The notes under the pieces are model-generated. The model saw nothing but the letters and a program-made list of their open reading frames with translations, searched no databases and was not told the DNA's origin. From an uncultured virus (IMG/VR IMGVR_UViG_3300025070_000025) (taxonomy: Duplodnaviria; Heunggongvirae; Uroviricota; Caudoviricetes): DNA of 64,000 nucleotides. Numbering within the stretch: position 1 is the stretch's first letter; every line of letters starts with the position of its first letter. The DNA lies in the IMG/VR virus record IMGVR_UViG_3300025070_000025. One strand, 5' to 3'. The translations under genes and the position numbers were made by a program. Below are positions 1 to 8,120 of the stretch, piece after piece.

Positions 1-60
1 AAACAAAAAAAATATCTCAACCAAATTAAATACCTAGATAATGTAGTTGATAAAACTATC

Positions 61-384
61 ATGAAATTTTTGATTACATTCTTTATTGCATTATTTTTCG
101 CTGCTCCTGTGTGGGCAGTCGATGTATCAATGGGTGCTGGTGGCAACCTAGTATTTGAACCAAATGAGATTACAATCTCTGCTGGTGAAACAGTTCACTT
201 TATCAATGAAGCACTACCTCCTCACAATATTATTGTTGAGGCACGTCCAGATCTTTCTAGAGAAGCATTATTGTTTGCTCCAGGAGAATCACAAGACGTT
301 GTGTTTGCTGATGTAGGAGACTATAACTTCTTCTGTGGTCCTCACCAAGGTGCAGGTATGACCGGCGTTATTCATGTGGAATAA
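61..384 (+). CDS. petE: Plastocyanin
   Basis: Signal peptide, PPHN His ligand and C-terminal CGPHQGAGM type-1 copper motif. Confidence 0.96.
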   Translation: MKFLITFFIALFFAAPVWAVDVSMGAGGNLVFEPNEITISAGETVHFINEALPPHNIIVEARPDLSREALLFAPGESQDVVFADVGDYNFFCGPHQGAGMTGVIHVE

Positions 385-568
385 AGATTACATAACCAGA
401 AAACAAGCACAGGAAATGATTGATGATGCCATACGAAAACATAATCGTAATGCTGGAATTATCAGTATGTGTGTTGGTTGGGTTGTTCTCGCACTTTTTG
501 CTGAGGGTCTTCTTCGACTCATTGGAATAATCCCACCACTGTTCCCAAGTTTAAATTTAACTCTGTAA
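374..568 (+). CDS. Hypothetical single-TM protein
   Basis: 64 aa ORF overlapping the petE end; one hydrophobic segment. Confidence 0.7.
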   Translation: MWNKDYITRKQAQEMIDDAIRKHNRNAGIISMCVGWVVLALFAEGLLRLIGIIPPLFPSLNLTL

Positions 569-573
569 ATGAA

Positions 574-1623
574 ATGAAAGTTGGTATTATTGGTCTAGGT
601 AGAATGGGTGAGGGAATGTCTCGCCGCATGATTAAAGAAGGACATGAAGTTTGGGGTTACAGAAATAACTACGAAAAAGCATGTGAACAATATGAAGCAG
701 GATATGTAAGTGGTGTTACTACTTCACTAGAGTGTCTTGTTCAGGCAGTTAAATCTGATAAAAAGGTTCACACAAGTGCAGGTAAAGTTCCTGGTATTTT
801 TCAACTTGTGATTCCAGCAGAACTAGTAGAGGAAACTATCGATGAGTTATTACCATTACTTAGTGATGGAGATATTATTATTGATCATGGCAATTCCAAT
901 TTTAAGGATTCAAGGAGGAGAGCACTCCGCCTTGAGAAACTTGGTATCCAGTATCTTGACTGTGGTACTAGTGGTGGTGTTTATGGTTTGGAGCGTGGAT
1001 ACTGTCTTATGGTTGGTGGCAGAAGCCGCGCAGTCGATGTATGCCGCCCTCTCTTCGATGCACTCGCTCCAGGAATTAATGCTGCCCCCAGGACAGGGGA
1101 CGGTTCCTATGTAATGTATCCTGAAGAATATGGTTGGATGTATTGCGGTGATCCTGGTGCAGGACATTTTGTGAAGATGGTTCATAATGGTATTGAGTAT
1201 GGAATCATGCAAGCATATGCCGAAGGATTAAATATTATTAATCAAGCAAATGCAGGTTCAGAATATGTCAAAGAAGGAGACGCTGAGGTCGCACCTATGG
1301 CAGACCCTGAGTCCTATTGCTATGAGATTGACGTTGCTAGGGTGGCTGAATGTTGGCGTCGTGGTAGCGTTGTTGGTAGTTGGTTATTGGACCTTACTGC
1401 CGAGGTACTACGAGATGACAACAAACTTAGCAAGTTTGATGGTGGGGTTAGTGATAGTGGTGAGGGACGTTGGACTGTTCATGCTGCTGTGGACCTTGGG
1501 GTTCCTGCTCCTGTCCTTAGCACTGCATTATTTGAGAGGTTCAACTCCAGAAAATTAGGAACCTTTGCCAATAAAGTCCTCAATGGTATGAGGTATATGT
1601 TCGGAGGACACAACGTAAGATGA
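574..1623 (+). CDS. gnd: 6-phosphogluconate dehydrogenase (decarboxylating, short form)
   Basis: GIIGLGRMG Rossmann motif, DHGNS, GTSGG, GAGHFVKMVHNGIEYG, DSGEGRW. Confidence 0.97.
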   Translation: MKVGIIGLGRMGEGMSRRMIKEGHEVWGYRNNYEKACEQYEAGYVSGVTTSLECLVQAVKSDKKVHTSAGKVPGIFQLVIPAELVEETIDELLPLLSDGDIIIDHGNSNFKDSRRRALRLEKLGIQYLDCGTSGGVYGLERGYCLMVGGRSRAVDVCRPLFDALAPGINAAPRTGDGSYVMYPEEYGWMYCGDPGAGHFVKMVHNGIEYGIMQAYAEGLNIINQANAGSEYVKEGDAEVAPMADPESYCYEIDVARVAECWRRGSVVGSWLLDLTAEVLRDDNKLSKFDGGVSDSGEGRWTVHAAVDLGVPAPVLSTALFERFNSRKLGTFANKVLNGMRYMFGGHNVR

Positions 1624-1751
1624 CTTTAGCACATGTCCTACTTTTCGGAACATTACCGTTTCTATGTGCCACCGCATATTTCGGGTACAGAAAAGGTGAG
1701 AATAACTATTATGAAACCGACGCCTACTCAGGAAATGGAACAGCGCATTAG
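1620..1751 (+). CDS. ndhP: NdhP-like small subunit of cyanobacterial NDH-1L (43 aa)
   Basis: Translated by hand: MTLAHVLLFGTLPFLCATAYFGYRKGENNYYETDAYSGNGTAH. ATGA overlap with the gnd stop; one TM helix plus a tail matching the NdhP pattern FG..NxxY(D/E)(S/T)DxYxGNG(S/T)AH. Confidence 0.8.
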   Translation: MTLAHVLLFGTLPFLCATAYFGYRKGENNYYETDAYSGNGTAH

Positions 1752-1929
1752 AATGAGGTTTGCTTTTGCTATGTCTGCATTCGGCAGAATGTTTTTACCT
1801 CATGGCATAACACCAGAAATGAGAGCATTCTGTAATGAATGGTCTAAGATAGAAGAGCAACCACCAGTTGGTGATTTATATAAAGTAGATCGTTACTTCT
1901 TAGAACTATGGAAATCGAATTTGCAATAA
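1735..1929 (+). CDS. Hypothetical protein
   Basis: C-terminal part of track ORF 1633..1929; start uncertain (1711 or 1735) because the upstream part is occupied by ndhP. Confidence 0.6.
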   Translation: MEQRIRMRFAFAMSAFGRMFLPHGITPEMRAFCNEWSKIEEQPPVGDLYKVDRYFLELWKSNLQ

Positions 1930-1988
1930 TAATATTATTTTCTTCTTTCGGTATTTTCTTATTCATACTGTCATTATTTTCAGACTAA
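1908..1988 (+). CDS. Hydrophobic micropeptide (26 aa)
   Basis: MEIEFAIIILFSSFGIFLFILSLFSD; stop overlaps the next ATG (TAATG). Confidence 0.5.
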   Translation: MEIEFAIIILFSSFGIFLFILSLFSD

Positions 1989-2092
1989 TGAATGTATTTC
2001 TAACAGCATCACTACTATTCGCTACAGTATTAATATCAATTATATGTGCTCTCGATGGCGCATACATAACACAAACAACTTTTTACTCATGA
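1988..2092 (+). CDS. Hydrophobic micropeptide (34 aa)
   Basis: MNVFLTASLLFATVLISIICALDGAYITQTTFYS; TAATG overlap upstream and ATGA overlap with talC. Confidence 0.55.
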   Translation: MNVFLTASLLFATVLISIICALDGAYITQTTFYS

Positions 2093-2739
2093 AAATCTTT
2101 TTAGACACAGCTGACCTCGATGAAATCAAGAAGGCAGTAAGAACTGGTTTAGTTGATGGGGTCACTACAAACCCTACGCTAATTAAAAGAAGCGGCAGGA
2201 CGCTTCCTGATGTCGCTAAGGAATTAACTGATAAGTATCCCCAGTTTGAAAGTGTATCGTGTGAAGTAGTTGCTGATACTGCTGAGGAAATGATTAAACA
2301 AGCTCAACAGTTTATTCAATTGGGAAGTAAAGCAATCACTATCAAACTACCATGTACTGTAGAAGGTTTGATTGCATGTAAAGCACTCTCTGTGCTTGGT
2401 GTTAAAACCAATGTGACCTTAGTGTTCTCTGTGGCACAAGCAATCATGGCAGCAAAGTCAGGTGCTACTTATATCTCACCTTTCGTAGGTCGCTGCAATG
2501 ATAACTCATTCAGTGGTGTAGAACTTGTTCGTGCTATCAGTGGAACTTATTGTTCTCATGGTATAAGAACTCAAATTCTTGCAGCATCATTGAGAGATGT
2601 TCATCATGTATCACGGTGTTTTGCTTATGGTGCCAGCGTTATTACAATGCCACCTAAAGTATTTTGGGCGATGTACGATCATGTACTTACCCGTGAAGGA
2701 TTAGATCAATTTCAAAAAGATTGGGAAGACGTGCAATGA
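2089..2739 (+). CDS. talC: Transaldolase, TalC/FSA family
   Basis: Starts MKIFLDTAD; GVTTNPTLI, Schiff-base IKLP, NVTLVFS, YISPFVGR, LAASLR. Confidence 0.97.
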   Translation: MKIFLDTADLDEIKKAVRTGLVDGVTTNPTLIKRSGRTLPDVAKELTDKYPQFESVSCEVVADTAEEMIKQAQQFIQLGSKAITIKLPCTVEGLIACKALSVLGVKTNVTLVFSVAQAIMAAKSGATYISPFVGRCNDNSFSGVELVRAISGTYCSHGIRTQILAASLRDVHHVSRCFAYGASVITMPPKVFWAMYDHVLTREGLDQFQKDWEDVQ

Positions 2740-2894
2740 TGCTACAGTTTGCTAGATTTTGTGGAACTGTATTAAACAACCCTTGGGGATGTGGACTACT
2801 GGCATGGTGCCTAGTCTTCGTCCCCATTATTGGTATGTGGGCAGTTCATAAATACAGTTGGCAGCACTGGGAACCTTTCGTTAAAAAACATTAA
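2736..2894 (+). CDS. Small membrane protein (52 aa)
   Basis: MMLQFARFCGTVLNNPWGCGLLAWCLVFVPIIGMWAVHKYSWQHWEPFVKKH; ATGA overlap with talC. Confidence 0.65.
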   Translation: MMLQFARFCGTVLNNPWGCGLLAWCLVFVPIIGMWAVHKYSWQHWEPFVKKH

Positions 2895-3047
2895 ATGGGT
2901 TTAAATAAAAGAACAGGACCAATGAACCAGGAAGAATCAGCAGAACATAAAGAGTTGTATAAACAACTCAGGGAAAGAGTTAATCAACTCAGAACAGATC
3001 TTTTGTTTGAAGAACCTTGTCCTTTATATGAGGAAGATGATGACTAA
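2895..3047 (+). CDS. Hypothetical protein (50 aa)
   Basis: MGLNKRTGPMNQEESAEHKELYKQLRERVNQLRTDLLFEEPCPLYEEDDD; abuts the previous stop. Confidence 0.6.
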   Translation: MGLNKRTGPMNQEESAEHKELYKQLRERVNQLRTDLLFEEPCPLYEEDDD

Positions 3048-3252
3048 GACTCTTATTTTAGTTGGATGCTTCTTACCATTAGCTATCGTTTTTATAGTAA
3101 TGAAACTTGCGGTGTGGGTATCTGCAGTTAACACAGAAAACTCTTATGTCGGAAAAGAACCTTTACGAAAACGAGGACCATTCTTGGACAATCCATATGC
3201 AGACGTTGACGAGGAGGAAGAGGAATTTACAGATCGCACAGACTATAGATGA
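3037..3252 (+). CDS. Hypothetical protein, N-terminal TM and acidic tail
   Basis: Track ORF trimmed to the ATG after GAGGA. Confidence 0.6.
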   Translation: MMTKTLILVGCFLPLAIVFIVMKLAVWVSAVNTENSYVGKEPLRKRGPFLDNPYADVDEEEEEFTDRTDYR

Positions 3253-3376
3253 TGCGCTTTATCAACATTATGTTGTAGAACAAGGAAAACCTGTCCCAAA
3301 TTGGAGGTATGTAAAGGATGCCGATTGGTGGGTTAATTATCTTAAGACCCTAGGCATAGACCCACGCAACCCATGA
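3197..3376 (+). CDS. Hypothetical protein
   Basis: Track ORF 3107..3376; start uncertain; ATGA coupling to the next gene. Confidence 0.55.
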   Translation: MQTLTRRKRNLQIAQTIDDALYQHYVVEQGKPVPNWRYVKDADWWVNYLKTLGIDPRNP

Positions 3377-3564
3377 ACAACGAACCAGACTATACAGTAA
3401 ATTTAACCATAGAAGATGTACGTTTACTACATCACTGTGTAATAAAAAGGTTAGAACGTTGGGAAGGTTTCCCTGCTAGACCTGCCGAAGAACAAGAACA
3501 CTTATGGTTCATGAGAGATTCTTTATACAGAATGATTTTAGATTACCAATTCAACCAACTATGA
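3373..3564 (+). CDS. Hypothetical protein
   Basis: ATGA-coupled on both sides. Confidence 0.7.
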   Translation: MNNEPDYTVNLTIEDVRLLHHCVIKRLERWEGFPARPAEEQEHLWFMRDSLYRMILDYQFNQL

Positions 3565-3734
3565 AATTTGAATTAGATATGGATGACTATGCAATCATCC
3601 TCAATGCATTACACTACTATAAAAAAGTTGAGAAGCGAGGACACTTCAAACAGTATAATGAAGAGCGTGTCAATCAACTAAGAGATAAGATGGCATATCA
3701 ATTGATACCTTCCAAAGATTGTAATAGACTATGA
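3561..3734 (+). CDS. Hypothetical protein
   Basis: Starts MKFELDMDD; ATGA-coupled on both sides. Confidence 0.65.
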   Translation: MKFELDMDDYAIILNALHYYKKVEKRGHFKQYNEERVNQLRDKMAYQLIPSKDCNRL

Positions 3735-3928
3735 ATTTGATATTAAGACCTTTAGATAATTCTAACGATCCTGTGTGGTCGGTAATTATATGTGTGATAC
3801 TAGCAGTTGCAGGTGCATTGTTTGTAGTTGTATACATATTACGACAAGCATTTGCAGAGTTAGAAAATGGGAGCAATGACACCCCCCAGCAGGAAGAGCT
3901 GCTACAACTTCCGAGTGATAAAGGTTAA
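3731..3928 (+). CDS. Hypothetical single-TM protein
   Basis: Hydrophobic stretch WSVIICVILAVAGALFVVVYIL. Confidence 0.65.
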   Translation: MNLILRPLDNSNDPVWSVIICVILAVAGALFVVVYILRQAFAELENGSNDTPQQEELLQLPSDKG

Positions 3929-4328
3929 TCGTGTTGTTGATGGCGATACTATCGATGTCACTATTGACCTCGGGTTTGATTTATACAAGAAAGAAAGAGT
4001 TAGAGTTGCAGGCATTGATACGCCGGAGAAAAGGACGAGAAATTTAGAGGAGAAGGCACTTGGAATTGACGCAACAAATTGGATTAAAGAACGTCTTAAC
4101 TCAGCAATTGCTGGAGAAGAAGATCTTGTTATCAGAACTGAGCTTGTTGGTGGAATGGGCAAATACGGCAGATTACTTGGATGGCTTTACATCGGAGATG
4201 CTGAACTGTCAGTCAACGAACAAATGATTGCAGAAGGATATGCTCATGCCTATGATGGTGGTACTAAAGATATGAATTTAGAAGCACTTAGGGTAATTCG
4301 TAGATCACGCGGGACATTAGTAGATTGA
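3867..4328 (+). CDS. Staphylococcal-nuclease-like (SNase/thermonuclease) endonuclease
   Basis: RVVDGDTID, RVRVAGIDTPE, GKYGRLLG, NEQMIAEGYA motifs. Confidence 0.9.
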   Translation: MGAMTPPSRKSCYNFRVIKVNRVVDGDTIDVTIDLGFDLYKKERVRVAGIDTPEKRTRNLEEKALGIDATNWIKERLNSAIAGEEDLVIRTELVGGMGKYGRLLGWLYIGDAELSVNEQMIAEGYAHAYDGGTKDMNLEALRVIRRSRGTLVD

Positions 4329-4345
4329 TTGTTTAAATCATTATA

Positions 4346-4356
4346 CTAAATAAATA
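4346..4356 (+). promoter_or_regulatory. T4-type late promoter(s)
   Basis: CTAAATAAATA about 25 nt upstream of ATG 4380. Confidence 0.55.
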
Positions 4357-4379
4357 TACATACCTCTTTGGTAAATCAT

Positions 4380-4874
4380 ATGAAAAGGTTTTTACCATTC
4401 ATAATGTTACTGATGACCGCTTCTGCAGCAAATGCAGGCGGACTTGTATCAAAACACTCTTCTAGTGTACAACTAACTGTTGAGGCTGCTAGGTCAACTG
4501 CCACAAGAGTAGGTAATTCTTATAGTATTTCAGGTAGTGGTGTTAATACTACTGATGGAACTACAGCAGGAACTATTTCTGCTGGCACCATTACTAGTGG
4601 CATCTATTCTCCTGGAACTATTTCAGCGACACAGCATACAGACGGCAACGCTTTCACATTCAGCACATCGTTTACTCAAGGTGATGCAATTCCAACTGCT
4701 GCTGCCACTACAGGTGCTATTCCTAACTTCAGTAATGTAACTTCTTACACTGCTGGTAGTGCTGGAAGTCTAGCAGGTACTGTAGCAACTTCAGGTGCTC
4801 TAACCGTGACGGCTGGTGGAGCTGGTACTACTGCTACAGGACAATTTGTTTCTGAGATCACTGTCATTGACTAA
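4380..4874 (+). CDS. Exported Ser/Thr/Gly-rich protein
   Basis: Signal peptide MKRFLPFIMLLMTASAANA; S/T/G/A-rich mature part. Confidence 0.75.
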   Translation: MKRFLPFIMLLMTASAANAGGLVSKHSSSVQLTVEAARSTATRVGNSYSISGSGVNTTDGTTAGTISAGTITSGIYSPGTISATQHTDGNAFTFSTSFTQGDAIPTAAATTGAIPNFSNVTSYTAGSAGSLAGTVATSGALTVTAGGAGTTATGQFVSEITVID

Positions 4875-4885
4875 GGAGATGGATA

Positions 4886-5323
4886 ATGAATACTATGATT
4901 CGTTGGTCTGTGATGTCTGCGGTGGTTGCAAGTGTCATACCTGCAGCTGCCCTGGCGGTCCCCGTGGTCCCAAACTTCACACAGGGATCAATGACGAGCA
5001 GAACGGAAACAACTCAGAAGATAACTGAGACAATAAATAGCATGGATTATAACACTGGATACCAGTATTCTGCTACTGGTTCTGGTGTATCTGCATCTGG
5101 AAACCTCTCACCAGGAACAGGTGCTAGCAATGTAACTATTAATGGAGTGACTTCATCATGGACAGGTGTAGCAAGCAAGCCATCGTTCACACAAACAGTA
5201 CCAGGAGCAGCGTTTCAGTTCACAGAAACTTACAGCGGACCTGGTTTAAGCAATCAAACAATTATTCAAAGAGTAACAGAGGTCGAAAGTTTCACAGATA
5301 CCACAAGTATCTTCTCTCAATAA
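4886..5323 (+). CDS. Exported Ser/Thr-rich protein
   Basis: AGGAG RBS 7 nt upstream; signal peptide ending AALA. Confidence 0.75.
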   Translation: MNTMIRWSVMSAVVASVIPAAALAVPVVPNFTQGSMTSRTETTQKITETINSMDYNTGYQYSATGSGVSASGNLSPGTGASNVTINGVTSSWTGVASKPSFTQTVPGAAFQFTETYSGPGLSNQTIIQRVTEVESFTDTTSIFSQ

Positions 5324-6054
5324 CATTATTATTCGCAAACCCTTCTTATGCTGAAACTGTTGGTGGTGTCTCTGCTACTGCTAATCCTGTGGCTAATAGT
5401 TCAGGCTCCGTTACAAACCAAGCTATTCAAGTCCTTCAGGGACCATATATTACAAACACATACGGTGGAGGTATACAGTGTCAAGGTCCAACTCGCAACT
5501 TCACTCCGTATGTAACAGGAAGTGTTTCTGCTTCTAAACCATACGAACCTTATTATAACGACCCAGTATATGATGTTGTCGATAACGTTGGTGCCTTCGA
5601 TGATGATGGGAATGCAATAGGGGATGGTCGTATTGATAATCCTGGAGATATTATTTTCAACAAAAGAACCAGGACAGGACAGAAGGATAACTACAGTTTA
5701 GGTGTAGGTTTCTCCATGACCTGGAGCACACCTACAGATAAAAACTTGCAGGACTTATGTAAGAAGGCAGCATCAACACAGATTGAATTGAATAGTCAGA
5801 TTGTTGCCAATAAAAGATTAGATTTTGAGATAGCCAGACTTAAAAATTGTGGTGAGTTAAAGTTAAAAGGAATTCAATTCCACCCCAAGAGTCCTTACTA
5901 TAAAGTATGTGCTGATGTGTTGGTAAACAATCCTCCTGGACATGGACACCCACACATTCATGCTATCCCTTCGGTTTCAAGGCAGACTTCAACACCCGAA
6001 TCGCCTTTGTCCTCTCGCGCTGAAGATCTTGGCGCTCCTTTAGGGACAGAATAG
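5158..6054 (+). CDS. Hypothetical exported protein (start unresolved)
   Basis: Long ORF with internal signal-peptide-like KYLLSITLLFANPSYA; no canonical start codon adjacent to it. Confidence 0.7.
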   Translation: MDRCSKQAIVHTNSTRSSVSVHRNLQRTWFKQSNNYSKSNRGRKFHRYHKYLLSITLLFANPSYAETVGGVSATANPVANSSGSVTNQAIQVLQGPYITNTYGGGIQCQGPTRNFTPYVTGSVSASKPYEPYYNDPVYDVVDNVGAFDDDGNAIGDGRIDNPGDIIFNKRTRTGQKDNYSLGVGFSMTWSTPTDKNLQDLCKKAASTQIELNSQIVANKRLDFEIARLKNCGELKLKGIQFHPKSPYYKVCADVLVNNPPGHGHPHIHAIPSVSRQTSTPESPLSSRAEDLGAPLGTE

Positions 6055-6751
6055 GGACTGTCTTACCCCTGATAGCAGCAATCTTTTTAATAACTTTCTT
6101 GACCGTTGGTTTGACTACTTTCAATAGTAAGTCTGCCAGCGGTTTTGCTAATAGTGCTGATGTAGTAGCGATGACAGCAATGCCACCCACGGATGCTACT
6201 TGTCCGCCACTAGGAAGACCAGCAATAACTTGCTCAGGTATACCTACTGCTTCTGTAATCTGAATACATTCATTACCAGTCAGTTTGTATTCAACAACTT
6301 TCTTTCTATACCCTTGCACGTATGTGCCGACAGGTTCCTTTGCTTTCTGTGCTGGTGTAGGACATTCTACAATAGCACTAGCAATAGGTGGTGGGTTTAC
6401 TTCTGGTGCTTCTGGAACCTCTGGTGATTTTGGTCCTCCTGTATTTACTTCTGGAGGACCAGTCAAAATCATCTGGTTTGGTTCATAAGAAATGGGATTA
6501 AAACTGGGATAACCAGAATCGCAATACGTGACCACACCATTAGGATCGTCTTCCCTTAATTGATTATTTTTAGCAGTGTTAGTTTCAGTTGCCTCAACAC
6601 ATCCTGGAATATTAACTACGGGAACACCAATATCTACAACTACTGGCAGTGCTGTAGGTACTGAAGGTGTTGTATATCGATATGTTTGAATATCATTAAT
6701 ATTAATATTATTAATATCAATATTCATTCCCGTAATTAAAGGTATGTCCAT
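5963..6751 (-). CDS. Hypothetical Pro-rich protein with C-terminal TM and basic tail
   Basis: Track ORF trimmed to MDIPLITG, which overlaps the upstream stop (TGATG). Confidence 0.75.
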   Translation of the reverse strand: MDIPLITGMNIDINNININDIQTYRYTTPSVPTALPVVVDIGVPVVNIPGCVEATETNTAKNNQLREDDPNGVVTYCDSGYPSFNPISYEPNQMILTGPPEVNTGGPKSPEVPEAPEVNPPPIASAIVECPTPAQKAKEPVGTYVQGYRKKVVEYKLTGNECIQITEAVGIPEQVIAGLPSGGQVASVGGIAVIATTSALLAKPLADLLLKVVKPTVKKVIKKIAAIRGKTVPILSLKERQDLQRERTKAIRVLKSALKPKG

Positions 6752-7380
6752 CAGCAATCATTAAATACACTACCAACTTGCGACCCTGCTTCGGAACCTA
6801 CCTTGTTTCCTAACAACAGTGCCCATCCACCTACTAACCAACCAACATAAGGAATACTCATTGCTGCAGGAACAGCGACACCAGCAGCGATAGCACTACC
6901 TGCCATTGCACCTTGACTCCGTGCGCCAGCGTCCGCCACGATACACTCTATGTCTCTTGCAGACTTTCCCTCGCCGTCTAATGCAGCACCTCCTAGGTTG
7001 CGTGTGCCGTCCATAGTGAATTGATCACGACGCCACTCACTACGACTTTCAGTGCCACCACCAAACAATCCTTTCTTATTGCTATCAGAAGATAATGATC
7101 TTTGTGATTCAAGAATTTTAGGATCGTTTGCACGATACTCAATTTCGTATCCATCCTTACCTGCTTTGATAGTATAAGATGAATAATCTCCACGGGGGAT
7201 ATTAATCGTAGGAACCTGAGGAAGTTTTGGTTCTTCTGGTCTATGAATTACATAACCCAACAAACCAATATGTGCTAAAGCAAAGAGTCCACCTAGTGTC
7301 ACCGCAATCGTTTTGACTGGTGACTTGCTCGGTACATGCTCGGTAGCATATTTTTGTGCTAACTCTTCTGGATTTGTCAT
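6751..7380 (-). CDS. Membrane protein with C-terminal glycine-zipper-like region
   Basis: N-terminal TM; GAMAGSAIAAG...GWLVGG...GNKVGSEAGSQVG small-residue repeats. Confidence 0.75.
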   Translation of the reverse strand: MTNPEELAQKYATEHVPSKSPVKTIAVTLGGLFALAHIGLLGYVIHRPEEPKLPQVPTINIPRGDYSSYTIKAGKDGYEIEYRANDPKILESQRSLSSDSNKKGLFGGGTESRSEWRRDQFTMDGTRNLGGAALDGEGKSARDIECIVADAGARSQGAMAGSAIAAGVAVPAAMSIPYVGWLVGGWALLLGNKVGSEAGSQVGSVFNDC

Positions 7381-7634
7381 GGCAATCCAATCGCGGCACC
7401 AGTAGCAGCAGGCATACCTATGGCACCACCAGTAGCACTAGGAAGTTCTGGCATCGCTGCGTCCATCATTCCAGGAAGAGCACCAGTGATTGCCTCTGCC
7501 GCAGCTGCAGCAACTTTTTCTTTTGCACTGTCAATGAGCGCATCCTTTTGTGTATACAGATAAGCACCACCCCCTACGATAGCTAAAGAAACTAGACCAG
7601 ATAACAACGCGACACCATTAATCAATTTTTGCAT
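7377..7634 (-). CDS. Hypothetical protein with N-terminal TM
   Basis: Starts MQKLINGVALLSGLVSLAIVGGGAYLY. Confidence 0.7.
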   Translation of the reverse strand: MQKLINGVALLSGLVSLAIVGGGAYLYTQKDALIDSAKEKVAAAAAEAITGALPGMMDAAMPELPSATGGAIGMPAATGAAIGLP

Positions 7635-7908
7635 CTTTCTTCTCCAATGTAGGTGCTTCTTTTGAATCGTCTTTCTTTTTAGACGCAACGACACCGAACG
7701 TCGCAAGCGTTCCCGTGAAGACGCTGGCTATAAAAGTCGGATCGATATTTTTTTGAGGAATACCAGGAACAGTTACATAATTAAGGGTCAGAATTGCTGC
7801 TGACCATCCAAGAATAATAACTCGGACGAGAGTTGATACACCCTCATCCGCCCATTCAAATTTGTTTTCCTTTTTGGCTTCCTCTTTCTTCTTCGGATTT
7901 GATTCCAT
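7618..7908 (-). CDS. Two-TM small membrane protein (holin-like topology)
   Basis: Two hydrophobic helices with highly charged termini; late-promoter-like AATAAATA at 7930-7937. Confidence 0.6.
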   Translation of the reverse strand: MESNPKKKEEAKKENKFEWADEGVSTLVRVIILGWSAAILTLNYVTVPGIPQKNIDPTFIASVFTGTLATFGVVASKKKDDSKEAPTLEKKDAKID

Positions 7909-7928
7909 GAATAAAGAGCTAGGCTCTT

Positions 7929-8120
7929 TTATTTATTTAATAGATATTTTTTTTCTTGTTGATATGGTACATACTCACCAGTTTTAATCTGCCAAGCATG
8001 TACTAAGTCAGGTATTAACCACTGGTCCACCCTAATACACTGCTGCCAGTTAGTAGGGTGAGCACAACTCACTACTACAACAGCAAAGAATGCCTTAACG
8101 TGGATCCAGATAGTATACAT
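7929..8120 (-). CDS. Hypothetical protein
   Basis: TAATG coupling to the upstream gene. Confidence 0.65.
   Translation of the reverse strand: MYTIWIHVKAFFAVVVVSCAHPTNWQQCIRVDQWLIPDLVHAWQIKTGEYVPYQQEKKYLLNK

Noticed and set aside
1633..1710. N-terminal extension of track ORF 1633..1929
   Set aside because: Lies over the better-supported ndhP frame.
2044..2088. Longer talC start from the track
   Set aside because: Family starts at MKIFLDTA; the upstream bases are used by a coupled micro-ORF.
1908..2092. PsbT/PsbI/PetM identity for the hydrophobic micropeptides
   Set aside because: Only generic hydrophobicity; diagnostic tails absent.
6690..6730. ATTAAT-rich low-complexity palindromic tract
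   Set aside because: Explained by encoded NIDINNININDI; no evidence for an origin or array.
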